This document shows positions 26,707 through 39,680 of a DNA stretch of 64,000 nt, piece by piece; within the stretch, counting starts at the first letter, position 1, and each line of letters opens with the position of its first letter. The notes beneath the pieces are model-generated. The model was not told the DNA's origin and did no database searches. It worked only from the letters and a program-made list of their open reading frames with translations. A program made the translations under genes and the position numbers. The DNA is from Octopus sinensis (taxonomy: Eukaryota), in NCBI RefSeq assembly GCF_006345805.1, contig NC_043015.1, forward strand, positions 14,818,001-14,882,000. The letters run 5' to 3'.

Positions 26707-27258
26707 GTAAGTCAAAATATTTTCTTCATTTACCTTTATAAAGAAGCATGATGACCGATGATTTCACCTATGAATGACTCACCTACTAATAACTTGTCTT
26801 CAACTGATAACATCTCACCTTCCTGATGCTTACTCTTGTAATAGTTTATCCTACTTATAACTTTATTTTCTTTGACTTAATGAAAAGCTAATATGCTAAT
26901 AATAACTTATTTTCTGCTCTTTTAATTACTTATCTTACTAATGAATTATACTAATATTAATTTATCGTACCAATGATTTATCTTAATAAAATATTATTAA
27001 TGATTTAGATGATGTAGCCTACCATTGACTAACTTTGCTATTAAGTTATTCCACCCATAATGTCTTATTTCATTCCATTCAGCTGTTTCTGATCCACTAC
27101 TGAATGGAGCCTCAGTATGCCTTTGTCAACTTACCCATATTGGTTATCCATACACATTGAACAGAGGGGGATTAATGTGGTCCATTGGCACATATCTAAC
27201 TCTATCACTGATTAATGATATCATATTTCATATTTTCCTCTGTTAATGAACTACTCTC

Positions 27259-27436
27259 AGTGCCATCTTAATGTATGAGTACACTGGGCTGTTGCTTGGG
27301 GAAGTGAGGGTACTTCAGAGATTTAGGGGCCCAATTCTAATCTATCTATGCTATAGCTTGCTACCAATAAATAAATACTACAGGGCCTAGTGCATTCATT
27401 TGCCCAGGGGCCTGTAATGTTGCTAACACAGCCCTG
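27259..27436. mobile_element. Possible hAT-type MITE remnant
   Basis: Degenerate terminal inverted repeats cagtgccatcttaa ... ctaacacagccctg; no clear TSD. Confidence 0.35.
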
Positions 27437-28177
27437 ACAATCTTACTAATAAATTTTACAAAAAATTTCTGTTTACTTGATAGATCAAATTATCATCATC
27501 CTCATCATCATCACCATCATTTACATCCACTTTTCCATGGTGGCATGGGTTAGATAAGTTTTCTGAAGCAGTGTTTTATGGCCAGATATCCCTCCTATTG
27601 CCAACCCTTTTAGTTCCCTTTTACAGCATGCAGGGATGCAATATATTGATTCTAAAACTGGGATACACATGGTGATGCTGTTTTGTCTCTGAATATTTTA
27701 GAAATACTGAAACATTTCTTAGTTGAAAATATCAGTAAAGCAAAACTTATTTGTTCCCTGTATTTTGTTAATGTAGTGCTGATAAAATCTTTTATAAACA
27801 TGACAGACAAATATCTAGGGTTTTAACTCATATGATATATGAGATATAAACATATGTCATAACTTAACAAATAGTAGTTTATCAAAATTAAAACCAAAAA
27901 AGAATTATTATTATTGTACATTTGTTTGTTTTGTTTTTTAACTAGAATCTTATTGAAGGTTTCATTTGAAAAGTTTGAATGGTTACATACTTGTATTTTG
28001 TGGATATTTCACTTTAGTTGCATGTTTATGTGTTAGTATATATTGTTTCAGCTTGCTAAACCACTACCGTAATCATCTAAAAGTTAAACTACCAGTGATG
28101 GGGTTGGGTCTAATAAAACCCAATCCCATCACTGGTATTTTGACAACCCCTGTTTAACATCTCTAGAACAGGTGGCA

Positions 28178-28555
28178 ACATGGCTGTGTGGTTAAGAAAC
28201 TCACTTTACAGCCACATGGTTTTGGGTTCAATCCCACTGTGTAACACCTTGGGCAAATATCTTCTACTGTAGCTCTGGGCAGATCAATGTCTTGCGAGAG
28301 GATTCAATAGGCAGAAACTGTGTGGAAAGCCACCACATGTGTGTGTGTGTGTTTCTGTGTTATCACCTTTCCACTACTTGACAACTAGTGCTGGTTTGTT
28401 TACGTCCCTTAACATAGTTTGGCAAACTAGAGCAATAGAGTAAATACCAAAAAAAAAAAAAAGTACTGGGGTCAATTTGTTCAACTATGCCTTTTGAGGC
28501 AGTGCTCCAGCATGGCTGCAGTCTAGTGACTGAAACAAGTAAAAGATAAAAGATA
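28178..28555 (+). mobile_element. SINE family A, full length
   Basis: A-box, B-box, ccttgggcaa core, (TG)n and gtaaaaga tail, as at 2703. Confidence 0.8.
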
Positions 28556-28935
28556 AGAACATATTGAAACATCTGAGGCAAAGTTTAGTATTTTGCTTTA
28601 TTACTATCTACAAGGGATATGAAAACAAAGAAATATAGATTAAAATGATGGTACTTTTAGGACATCTAACACAAAATTTAAGAAAGTTGTTTGAAGTTTT
28701 AAATTTGTTTAGATTAGGCAAAAATTACATTATACACACCAGAGTATTTCAGTTTATTTAATTATTTGTAAGAGATTAAATAAGTTGAAGTAATCTACAA
28801 CATGTAATGTAATTTTTACTTAAATCTATATCTAAAAAAATTTTTTTGAAGTATAACTATTTTATGTACTCATCTCTATTTGGACTAATCTTAATGGACA
28901 TAATTTCAAAAGATTGTACCAATCTATTATCTATG

Positions 28936-29270
28936 TGGTGACCCCCTTCGGTCAGACACTGACCATGGGTTTGCACCTAGAGAGTTACCATCTGAAGCAC
29001 AAGTCTGGGCAAGGTTGTTTTACGGAAGACCAGCAGTCGCCCATGCATACCGGCCTCCCCTCTCCACGTCACCGATGTTGTCCAAGGGAAAGGCAAGGGC
29101 CAATACAGCTTGACACCTGTGACGTCGCAACTCATTTCTACAGCTGAGTGAACTGGAGCAATGTGAAATAAAGTGTCTTGCTCAAGAACACAACACGCAG
29201 CCCGGTCCGGGATTCAAGCTCACAACCCCACGATCGTAAGCTCGATGCTCTAACCACTGAGCCACGCGCC
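28936..29270 (-). mobile_element. Young tRNA-Arg-like SINE (family C) with target-site duplication
   Basis: Minus-strand head ggcgcgtggctcagtggttagagcatcgagcttACGatc...ttgaatcc. Direct repeat ctattatctatg at 28924-28935 and 29270-29281. CpGs are retained. Confidence 0.9.
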
Positions 29271-31129
29271 TATTATCTATGAATCTTTTTATAAATAAGA
29301 GAGCATCAATATGAACAGAGCCCTTGTAGTCAAAATGATTGACTTTATTGGTGTAACTATTATAATATTTTTATATCTTCCTTATTAGCATTTCATGGAC
29401 ATATTTAGTTAAGTTTAGAATCAATTTGCTTGTGTTCCAGAAAGTAAGAGTATCATAATGAAGAGGTAACTGTAGAAGGAAAAAATATAAAGATATTAGT
29501 ACTTTTATGGGAGAAAAAAGGCATTGTTTATATATTTTTAAAACTAAGATATCTTTTGAGCTGTTGGGGTTGATGAAATTAATACATCTCTGCTTATAGT
29601 TTGTCATTTATTTGTACACTTTTTTGTGGCTGAGTCAGAAGAAGAAAGACAGAACACATGATTTTAGCAGGTTTGTTTTGGCTTTTGTAAGCTTGACTTG
29701 GCAGTTCTATAGCCACAGGTAGTTGCCATTCCTTTTGTTAACATATTTCTATTGAAATACACTGGCTTTGTTTCAGTTAATTTTGAAAATGATGAAGAAT
29801 TTAGTGTGTGTGTGCCTGTTTGGAACATAAATCAACATGGAATTTTGAAAGATTGTTTTAATTTAGATCACTTTAAGCATGAAGTTTGTATCATGGAAGC
29901 AGATGTGGTCTTGGGAAGGTCTGTATCTAAATGGTTAAGTTCAACCCTGATCCAGCAATCCCAAGCATGCAGGGGGCATTTGTAATTGTTGTTGTTGTTG
30001 TGTGGCCCCCAAGTCAGCTCTGACTGAGTAGTTCTATGACATACAGAAAGTCATCTGAATGCTAAGTACGGTATAGTCCACTGTTCCATCTTTCCAGCTA
30101 TACTATGTTTCCTTCATAGTTAATCTCCATGCTACATGCTCCAACATGCAAGAATGAATTGTATAGGGCTATGCGGTGAGTGTGGGTATATTGTGCTCCT
30201 TACACTATCCAGACTATTTCCGTATGCTTGTTGACTGGTGGAGGCAGGGTAGGTGGAATTGGTACGAATAAACATCATAGGTTAAACCCAGACTAAAGAG
30301 CCTTACGTAATCACTTGACCCACTACAAATAATAACCAAATACCCTTCACATCACACTCTACTATCTATGGTCAATGTTGGAATACCTTAGATCATAGGC
30401 TTGATCCATTAATGCTGACTTGGGACTAATTAAGAACATCAATTACTTCACACTTTATGCTAATTGCTTTTACTTTAACATAAATCCTTTACTGAATTTA
30501 TATTACTATAAACTTACAATACAGTTTGCCAACTTCTGACATCTATTTTGAATTGTTCTGTTAACTTCAGTTCATTTCTTCTGATTGAGGTGAAGGTCAT
30601 TCTTTAACTCTTGAGTTATTATCTGAAGCAATATGCTAACACTTCATGTTCTATAAAGGAAGAAATTGTGTGTGTGTGTGTGTGTGTGTTTGTCCACGCA
30701 AAATTGTGCACACATTCATGTGTGATGCATCAACAGCTTCCATTTAAAGGCAGGGGGACAGAACAGCTGTGTTACTAAACAAAGACTGCTAAGATCAATT
30801 TGTTAGTGAATCGATGGTTCCAAAATTAGAGATCAATGTGGATTAGCAATATTTAACCAAAGAGATTGAGCTACAATTTATAGAATGGAAATCAATAAGT
30901 AGCAGATGCAATGAATGAATAAAGGGAAATACCTTTTGATATTTGCTAGAAATATAGAGTGAAAACTAATAATTTGTCAGTGTGTATATGAATGAGAAAT
31001 ATTTACTCATAGGAAGAACAAGTGGTTGCTTAGTTTTATTGTAATTTCTACTAATATTTTCTGTTGAGGAAACTCAACCACATCTGCAATGTAAATATAA
31101 CAAAAAAAATTGGCTATCAACTTTTAGAA

Positions 31130-32050
31130 CAGTTCTTTCTTTTCAATAAGTCACTGGAATTGGAACATTGCCCATAGCATTTGTGATCTAAGTGATTGTT
31201 GTTCAGCTTGGACATCTGTAGGTTGTAGTAGGTTGGTATTTGTAGGAAAAACAGGGGAAGTGAGATAATTCCAGAGGGCTTCCTCTTTGGGAAGGTAGAT
31301 TTGTGGGTAGTGAAGAATTTGGGGAGTAAGATTGCAGTAAGAGTAATGAGAAGGTTGAATATTTTCAGATGGGGAAAGTATACAACTAGCTTTGTCAGAG
31401 TAGCAGGGGGTATTGTAGTAGGGAATAAAGAATTAATGACAGAAGACAGCATAACTGTGTACTAGTGATTCAAATATATTGCTGATTGAATCTGACCCTC
31501 TTTGAAAAGTGGTCTGGAATGTGTGTATGTGTAACAGTAACACTGTCCTGTAGATGTAAACAGTACTCATATGTGGGTCTTATATGAGCTTTATAGAATG
31601 TCATGACTTACAAAAGGTTGAGATTATAGAATTATCAAGATGAAAGTATCCTATTCTTCGTAATATAGATTTTGAAATACTATAAATGTGGGTTTGCTAT
31701 GAGAGATACTCAGATATTATGAGGCTTGAAACTAGAAACCTCTTTAAGGGTTTTAATTTCTGTCTAGAGAGGTTGGGGTACAAACTTGTTTTCTTTGTAT
31801 GTGTTATAATTGTGTCTTTTTGCTGTTGAAGGAGATAAGGTTATCATGTGCTCATTGAATGATGCTCTTAATAGACCTGTTTATGAATTTAGTGTAGTGT
31901 GAAGTGTTCAGGTTGTACTTGGATAATGACTATGTATAGAAGATTAAGGAAGAATGAAGTATAGTGTTAATGTACAGAAGGAATAATGAATAATTTGAGA
32001 TATATCACCCAAAGTTAGGGTACACCAGAGTTGATGATAACAAAGAATGG
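31130..32050 (-). mobile_element. Decayed CR1/Jockey-group LINE fragment
   Basis: Minus strand gives FYKAHIRPTYEYCLHLQD (about 31546-31600), equivalent to the LYKAxIRPxLEYCSxxW motif downstream of RT. Confidence 0.6.
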
Positions 32051-34604
32051 GTCAATCTAAAGGTAATTATCTTAATAGCAAGTCTGTAAAATTTGGTATT
32101 ATAATATAAAATATCCTGGAACTATTGTTATTATATGAATCTATTGCAGCATTCCATTCATGAGACATCTAAGCTGCTTGATATAGCCATACCAACAGGA
32201 AATAATTTTTTTTTATCAAATATTGATAAAATGAGAATTTGACTATAGCATTTATAATAGTTTCAGATTTCCATGAGATTGTCTGCAGGTAAAGCCAGTA
32301 ACTTAATATTACACATTATCAGCATAATGATAGAAAATGAAATATAACAATTTAATTGACTTTTCTTCTGATTTGGTCAGTTTATCTCATACCATGGCAT
32401 AGTATTGTAATATATTACTGTAATATAACGTTACAGTTATGTATTGTTGAATCTAAACCATTATTTTTTATGTCTATCTATTTATTTTTGTTATTTCATC
32501 AAAGGAAACCATCTTACCTAGAATAATCATTAATTGGATATTTGGATATTTCTATAGAAGTCAAAACCACTCATACCTGTTCTTTGAAAAATGCAAAAAT
32601 TAGATTAAATAAATATTGATTTCTTTAATGATGCACAGAGCCTATATTTTGTTGGACAATATAGTTGATTCATTCAGCCTCTGAAGAAATGAAAGACATA
32701 ATTTATCCAGGAAGCATTTCAGCTCATGACATAGAAGGAGGGACTAAATACTGATAGACTTTATTTGGAGTTATAATAGCTGCTTGATTGTGTATTGGAA
32801 ATGTTCCTATGATAAGTCATATTCATCACAGGCTCTGTATCTCTGATTAAAACTATTACTAATACTGATAATAATTTCTTTATCCATGATTTCTTAAGCA
32901 TTATGAAAAGGAAATGAAAATTTATGGTATTCAGGTTTTTCTTAAAGGCAATATAACTCAAGGGAAGTTGCTTCAGCCAGAATTTTCTGATGTTGAATAT
33001 TATTTTCTTTAGAGCTACTTTATTTCTTTTTGCAACCCCCTTTATCCCTCCACACATTTACATAGACTGGATTGATCACACAGTATCTGTCCTCCTGTTG
33101 CAGAGCTTTGTCATTTGACACACTCAGCAACTGAAAAAACAAAAAAAAAAAAGCATTTTTTTAAAATTTTAATTATCTTTGTATGACAGTTAATGAAGAA
33201 TCACTTTTCTAGGAAAAAATTAACGTGCATGAAATAAAAACTGCTGAAGAATGATTATTGTTATGAATAAATATAAGATGATCTTATAGAATGAAATGTT
33301 TGTTTTCAAATGAAGCAGTTATTATTATTTTTTTTTTTTTGGATCATAGCGTATTATCTGTTTCTTTTATTTTGTTCAAGAAAACAAGTGTAATACCTTT
33401 GTTATGTTTTTTGGTTTTTTCTTTTGAAATAGAATTATTATAAGAAGATATTTACATAAATAGCTTGTGTTTCTTTGTGAATAGCACATGCTCTTGGGAA
33501 CATTTAAACAAGTATTGGAAAGACATCACCACCTGCATTCTAAAATGTTCAGTATTGAGATTGGACTGCAGCAGAATCAAAGGATGTGACTACATCAACT
33601 TGATTTGGTGATATCTAACATCTCAGTGTGTTGAATAAATGATAAAAAAATTTGGACACTCAATATTTGTAGATCCAAGAATTTCTTACCTTCTTTTCCC
33701 ATTCACTTGTAGATTTGCAACATCAACAATCACTGAAATAGCAAGTAATTCACATAGTAAATACTTAATTTGGTATATTTAATATTTTTTTTTTAAATCT
33801 AAAAAACACCAACTGTTTGACTCTATAATTATTTTACAATCTGAAAACGTGATCCATTTTTTTTATTCATCATGCATCATCTTAATTTGATATTACATGG
33901 ATTTCTGTATTGATTATAGAATTACTTTAGGTAACAGCACTGAAATCATGGATTATATAGTTTTTTTTCCTTTAACAGCAACATTATTTTTTTTTTATTG
34001 AAAAATCTGTATGGTTGAGAAATTTGAATATCGAACCCTTTCCCCAAATAGAATTTGTGTTTTAATAGCAAATTTTCTGATAGAAATTGCATCTGAAAAA
34101 AAATGTTTTTTCTACAAAACAAGCCACACTCTGGTGCAGACAACAGGAACAAAATTGAACTAAGTTTGATAAATTATCCAAGAAACTACATTTTATTCCA
34201 TAACAATTGCAATAACAGTTGTTGTAATGATAAGATAAAATTCACAAGAGAGTGAATAACTGAACTAAAGAAATATTGTGAGAACATTTTTTCCATTGAG
34301 CAGATAAAAATTCTAGATAATGTAGCACATTACTCAAGAGAAACTTAATGCAGACTGTGTGAAGAACTAGAAAAATAGGGAGACTATTACTATTTAATGT
34401 CATTCTTGAAGTGTTAAGGAAGCTGGAAGTTATTTAGTTGTCCATTTTAGTATTTGAATGCACACAATCTTTTAAAGTATGATAAATAAGAATTAAGAAT
34501 AGCAGCTAACACAGGTGTTAATGAAGAATTCAAATTTTAGAATGTTATATTTATTGCAGGTAATAATATAATTATATTATATTAGTAATCAACAATAAGT
34601 AGAG

Positions 34605-34771
34605 TAAAAGTGTACTGTGTAGTTAAGAAGCATGCTTTCCAGTCATGTGTTCTTGGATTCAGTCCCACTGTGTAACACCTTGAGCAAGTGTCTTCTATTA
34701 TAGCCCTGGGCCAACCAAAGCTTCGTGAGTGGATTTGGTAGGCAGAAAACGAAAGAAGCCTGTCATATATA

Positions 34772-34810
<39 letters not shown>

Positions 34811-35000
34811 TGGTTGTAAACACGCATCACCATCATACCAGCAATGTTGATCATTTCCAGTCTTCAGTGGTAATATGTCTCGCTATGGGAATTACTAACT
34901 TGCTTGGAAACAGGTGATGGTTGGTGACAGAAAGGGCATCTGGCCATAGAAAATCTTCCTCATGCATGCATAGGAAAATGGACATTAAATAATGATTATG
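34605..35000 (+). mobile_element. SINE family A head joined to an RTE-tail-type 3' segment
   Basis: Head as at 2703 up to the (TG)n; then ...ggtgacagaaagggcatctggccatagaaaatc...ggacattaaa, sharing the RTE terminus. Confidence 0.6.
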
Positions 35001-35044
35001 AAAATGGTGACTGTGTGGGTGGCAACAGCATATATATACATATA

Positions 35045-35510
35045 TATCATCATCATCATCATTATCATTTAGCATCAGCTTTCCATACTGGCATGGGTTA
35101 GATGGTTTGACTGGAACTGGTAAGTCAGAGAGTTGCGCTAAGTTCCAGTCTGATTTGGCATGGTTTCTACAGCTGAATGCCCCTCCTAATGCCAACCACT
35201 CCAAGAGTGTAATGAGTGCTTCTTACATGCCACTGGCACTAGTACTTTTACATGCCAGTTACGTGACACCTGCATTGACCATGATAATATTTAACTTGTC
35301 TTCTCAAGCATTGGCCATGATCATGATTTAACAAGTCTTCTCAAGAATGGCATATCACTTGTCCTTGCCTCCATGAAGCCCAATGTTCAAAGATCATGCT
35401 TCACCATCTCGCCCCATGTCTTCCGAGGTATACCTCTTCCACAGGTTCCCTCCACAGTTAAAGAGCAGCACTTCTTTACGCAGCTGTCATCATCCATATA
35501 TCTTATCCAT
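35045..35510 (-). mobile_element. RTE LINE 3' fragment with internal deletion
   Basis: (CAT)n tail; minus strand gives DDSCVKKCCSLTVEGTCGRGIPRKTWGEMVKHDL, close to the 39130-39232 ORF end. Confidence 0.8.
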
Positions 35511-38199
35511 ATATATCATCAGTTTTTGTTGTCCTTTTTTTTTTCCCCATGCATAAGTTAACTGAAACTCAAGGCATTTCCCCTACTGTTGTGATCCTTA
35601 TCATCTGGTACCCACAACAATAGAGAAAACCACATTTTGTATTGTTTTTGTATTTTTTTTATTTTTTTATATAGCTGAGTATCCTTTTTCCCACCAACCA
35701 CTTTATTGTGTGGACTGGGTGTATTTTATCATGCTACAAACACTAGAGAGGTTGTCTACTGCTGGACTAAAGAGCTTCCACTATCTTGTATTAGATGGTA
35801 TTTGATGTTATTACCCTCCCAGATGGCTTATTTTCAAAGAGAAGCCTGCACTGTAGCTTGCACTGGCTGTGTTTCTCCGTTTCCTCTTACCTTATGAATA
35901 AATGAGTAATATTTACTTATAAGAGCAAGTTTTACTATAATTACTGCTAACCTATTATTCTGGGGAAACTAAACCATTCCAATGCATATAATGGTAAAAT
36001 GAGAAGAAAAATTTGGTGTCAACTGTTTACCTTTGAAGAATGTATATCTCCAAGCCATTAAGCTGTTTACGCTTTGTCTTTTCTATAGTAATGTTCATAA
36101 TTTTTCACAACAACATAATTATTTTGAAATTATGATGCTGTATATCTATTGATCAACTTTCTCTCTTGCTCTATGGTTTGTTTGGTAAAGGTAGAGTGGT
36201 GACAGGATAATGGATTAGAATACCAGCTCGTGTTTGGATAGCTTGTGTCAAAAGCCTTGCTCCTATAGATGTTACTACCTATAAAAGACTCGTATCTGAA
36301 GCTAAGCACAAGCTTTATGGATACCTTTTGCTCATAAAGATTTTATCATTTATATGGTTAAGCTTCTGTTTAGAACAAATACAGTTACTATCTCTTTTAT
36401 ACACACAGTTCTTAAAGTGTTGAGGTAGTGCCATAATGTATAAATGAAAATTCTTAGTGTCATAGTTATTGTTTTCTATTATATTTATTCAGTTGATGCA
36501 TCTAAAACCAGACAGAATTAAACATTTGTCTCTTTATTGATCTCCAACCAATAGCCTTTGCTCGGCTAAACATTGATGTATTCTCTACATTAATTTTTGC
36601 TATTAAAAAAGTGATAACCTAATTACTAGAGAACCAAGCTGGTTGCCATAGCAGCTCTGTTTATATTCACCTTTTTGTCATGGTTAGCTTTGATACTTTA
36701 GGAACATTTAGGTAAACATCAAGCAAAGCTACACTTATGGTCTATTGTCATTTGAGGCTGACTATTCCACTCACAGTTTTACCAACTAAGGTCTATTTAG
36801 TAAGTATGAATAAGATTATGCTTTGTTGAAGAGGTCTACTGAAATTGAGCTCCTCATTCCTCCCCACCAGCATTAAAGTTTTCATCAATTTAGATTTTGT
36901 AGTTATCTCCCTTGCCTGTGATAATGAATATTGTTTTCTTTTCCCTACATGTGTAATTTTAATTGATTAAACATATATTTTAAGGGTTAACTACATTATG
37001 TTAACCTTCACATCAGTAGAATTTTACGTAGAATAATCAATTAATTAGTTGGCTATGATAGCTATTCATAGTTGTGTGTATTTTTTCATTCTCATAATCT
37101 GTTTTATATGATAATCATTATTTAGCCCTAGCCCAGCTCTGATTAAGTATATCTCTCATCAAAAGAACTCCAACTCTGATTATCCTGTCTATTAGTATAT
37201 CTAGGATTACATTGATTAATATGTTGTTCATTTAAGAAGGTAAGGTGGGATTTGAGATAATTTGGCTGCTATTTCATGTAAGTTGAGCAGTTACATGGAA
37301 AATTCTTTATATTTTGAATATACTACTACTTTCAGCTATATATAAGAAGTGTTATTGAATGCTGGAGGTTATTCTAGATTCTATGATATTAAGCAATTTG
37401 AAAAACATCTTTTCTATGAGTCACTCTGTTGCTCAGCACTTTTAAGAACAAATGGAAAATTCATTACTTGCAAAACAGGTAAGGGTTAGCAACGGGAAGA
37501 GCATTCAACTGTAAAACTATGCCTCTGTAATGTCTTCCTACAACTTATGCTATTGGGTGTTAAACAGATGAATGAATAAAACAATGACATTGAATAAACT
37601 CTGATAAAGCAAGACTCTATTATTCATGCATTTTCAAATTAGAAATGTTATTAAATTCTATCTTATATATATTTTAGATTAGATAAAATGTCAAAATTGA
37701 TTTTAGTTAAGGTTTTGATTACTTTTATTATATTCACTATAAAAACAAGGAAAAAAATCATTGAACACCAGAGCCTTTACATGGTCACTTAATGTGCTAG
37801 AAGTAGTAATCAAATTTTTCTCAAGTAATGCCATTTAAAACCAAAACAATGGCAGGACACATTGAACAATGAGTTCTAGATTACACTGTGCCTGAAAAAG
37901 GTGGGTTTGTGATCGTCTTTGAGTATAGATCTGCTTGATCAAAGCAGCACTAAAGCTAAACAACCACAATACCAATCAGTCACTGGTAGTCATTGTCCAT
38001 GAAATGATTTGAAACTCTGCAGTTAACAACTAATGAAAAACTTAAAATGACTAAAAACAAGCCAGTGTGGGAACATTTACACATGTTAATCATGCAAGCA
38101 GAAACAGCAGCCAAATGACCCTCAGATTACACTCTGCTGTCTTGAATTGAGAAAGAGAAAGGAGATAGTGGATAAGATACTGTAGTCTTATTTTCATAA

Positions 38200-38413
38200 T
38201 TTTTTTATCTATTACTTGTTTCAGTTGTTTGACTGCGGCTATGCTGGGGCACCGCCTTGAAGAATTTTTAGTTGAATGAATCGACCCTAGTACATTTTTT
38301 TAAGCCTGCTACTTATTTTATCAGTCTCTTTTGTTGAACTGCTATGTTATGGGGATGTAAACACATCAACACCAGTTGTTAAGCAGTGATGGGGATAAAC
38401 ACATACACACACA
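38200..38413 (-). mobile_element. SINE family A, 3' half, cut at its (CA)n tract
   Basis: Reverse complement of the about 2900-3090 portion; abuts the RTE at 38414. Confidence 0.75.
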
Positions 38414-39680
38414 CAGAGGAGAAGTTTCAAGTGTGGAAACAAGAATTAGAATCGAAGGGCCTTAGAATCAACCTAGCTAAAACGAAAGTCCTAATAAGTA
38501 GGAAGGCAGGCAAACCAAAAATCCCTTCAGGTAGATGGCCCTGCTCGATCTGTAGTAGAGGCATAGGTAGAAACTCTATAAGATGTACCCAGTGTAAGCT
38601 ATGGACATGTAAGAGGTGCAGTAATATCAAAGGAAGGCTAACTGGGAAGATAGTTTTTGTATGTGGCAGATGCTCGGGAGCGATAAACACTGAAAATGCG
38701 CAGAGACCAACTTCCGCCACATTCCAGCGAGAAAAACTAGATGTAGTTGATAGCTTCCGTTATCTAGGTGACCAAGTCAGTAGCGAAGGAGGGTGCACTG
38801 AAAGTGTAGCTGCTAGAATAAGAATAGCCTGGGAGCGAGCTCTTACCTCTGCTGGTGACAAAGGGCCTCACGCTCAGAGTAAAAGGTAGACTGTATGATG
38901 CATGTGTACGAACAGCCATGCTACATGGCAGTGAAACATGGGCTGTGACTGCTGAGGACATGCATAAGCTTGCAAGGAATGAAGCCAGTATGATCCGATG
39001 GATGTGTAATGTCAGTGTGCATACTCGACAGAGTGTAAGTACCTTGAGAGAAAAGTTGGACCTAAGAAGCATCAGATGTGGTGTGCAAGAGAGACGGCTG
39101 CGCTGGTATGGTCATGTGGCAAGAATGGATGAGGATAGCTGCGTGAAAAAGTGCCACACCCTAGCAGTTGAGGGAACCTGTGGAAGAGGTAGACCCAGGA
39201 AGACCTGGGATGAAGTGGTGAAGCATGACCTTTGAACATTATGCCTCAATGACTAGCAACCGAGACTTTTGGAAATATGCTGTGCTCAAGAAGACCCGGC
39301 AAGCCAAATGAGACCATAACCTGTGTCTTACGCCAGAGGCGTAACCAGCCCGCTTATGTATACCTTTTTCTTCATTGATCACTAAACTCTGCTTGTGAAG
39401 ACCTGTTGAGGCAAGTGAAATCAAAATCAATTCGATGACTGGCATCCGTGCTAGCAGGGTGCAAAGAGCACCATACGAGTGTGATCATTGACAGAGCGGC
39501 TATTCGAGTATCATCGTTACCAGCATCGCCTTACTGGCACTTATGCCTGTGCTAGTAAGGTGCCAAGAGCACTATCCGAGCATGATTGTTGCCAGAGCAG
39601 CCAACTGGCTTCCGTACCCGTGGCACGTAAAAGGGCACCATTCAAGCGTGATCGTTACCAACGTCGCTTCACTGGCAGGT
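38414..39680 (+). mobile_element. 5'-truncated RTE LINE (late RT, PHD-like finger, C-terminus, modular 3'UTR)
   Basis: ORFs 38386-38889 and 38855-39235 give GLRINLAKTKV, VVDSFRYLG, LYDACVRTAMLHGSETW, RRLRWYGHVARM and GRGRPRKTW. Frameshift near 38833 and premature TGA near 39232. Confidence 0.92.

Noticed and set aside
29225-29270. tRNA-Arg gene
   Set aside because: The tRNA-like head continues into a SINE body with a TSD and lacks a proper acceptor-stem 3' half and terminator.
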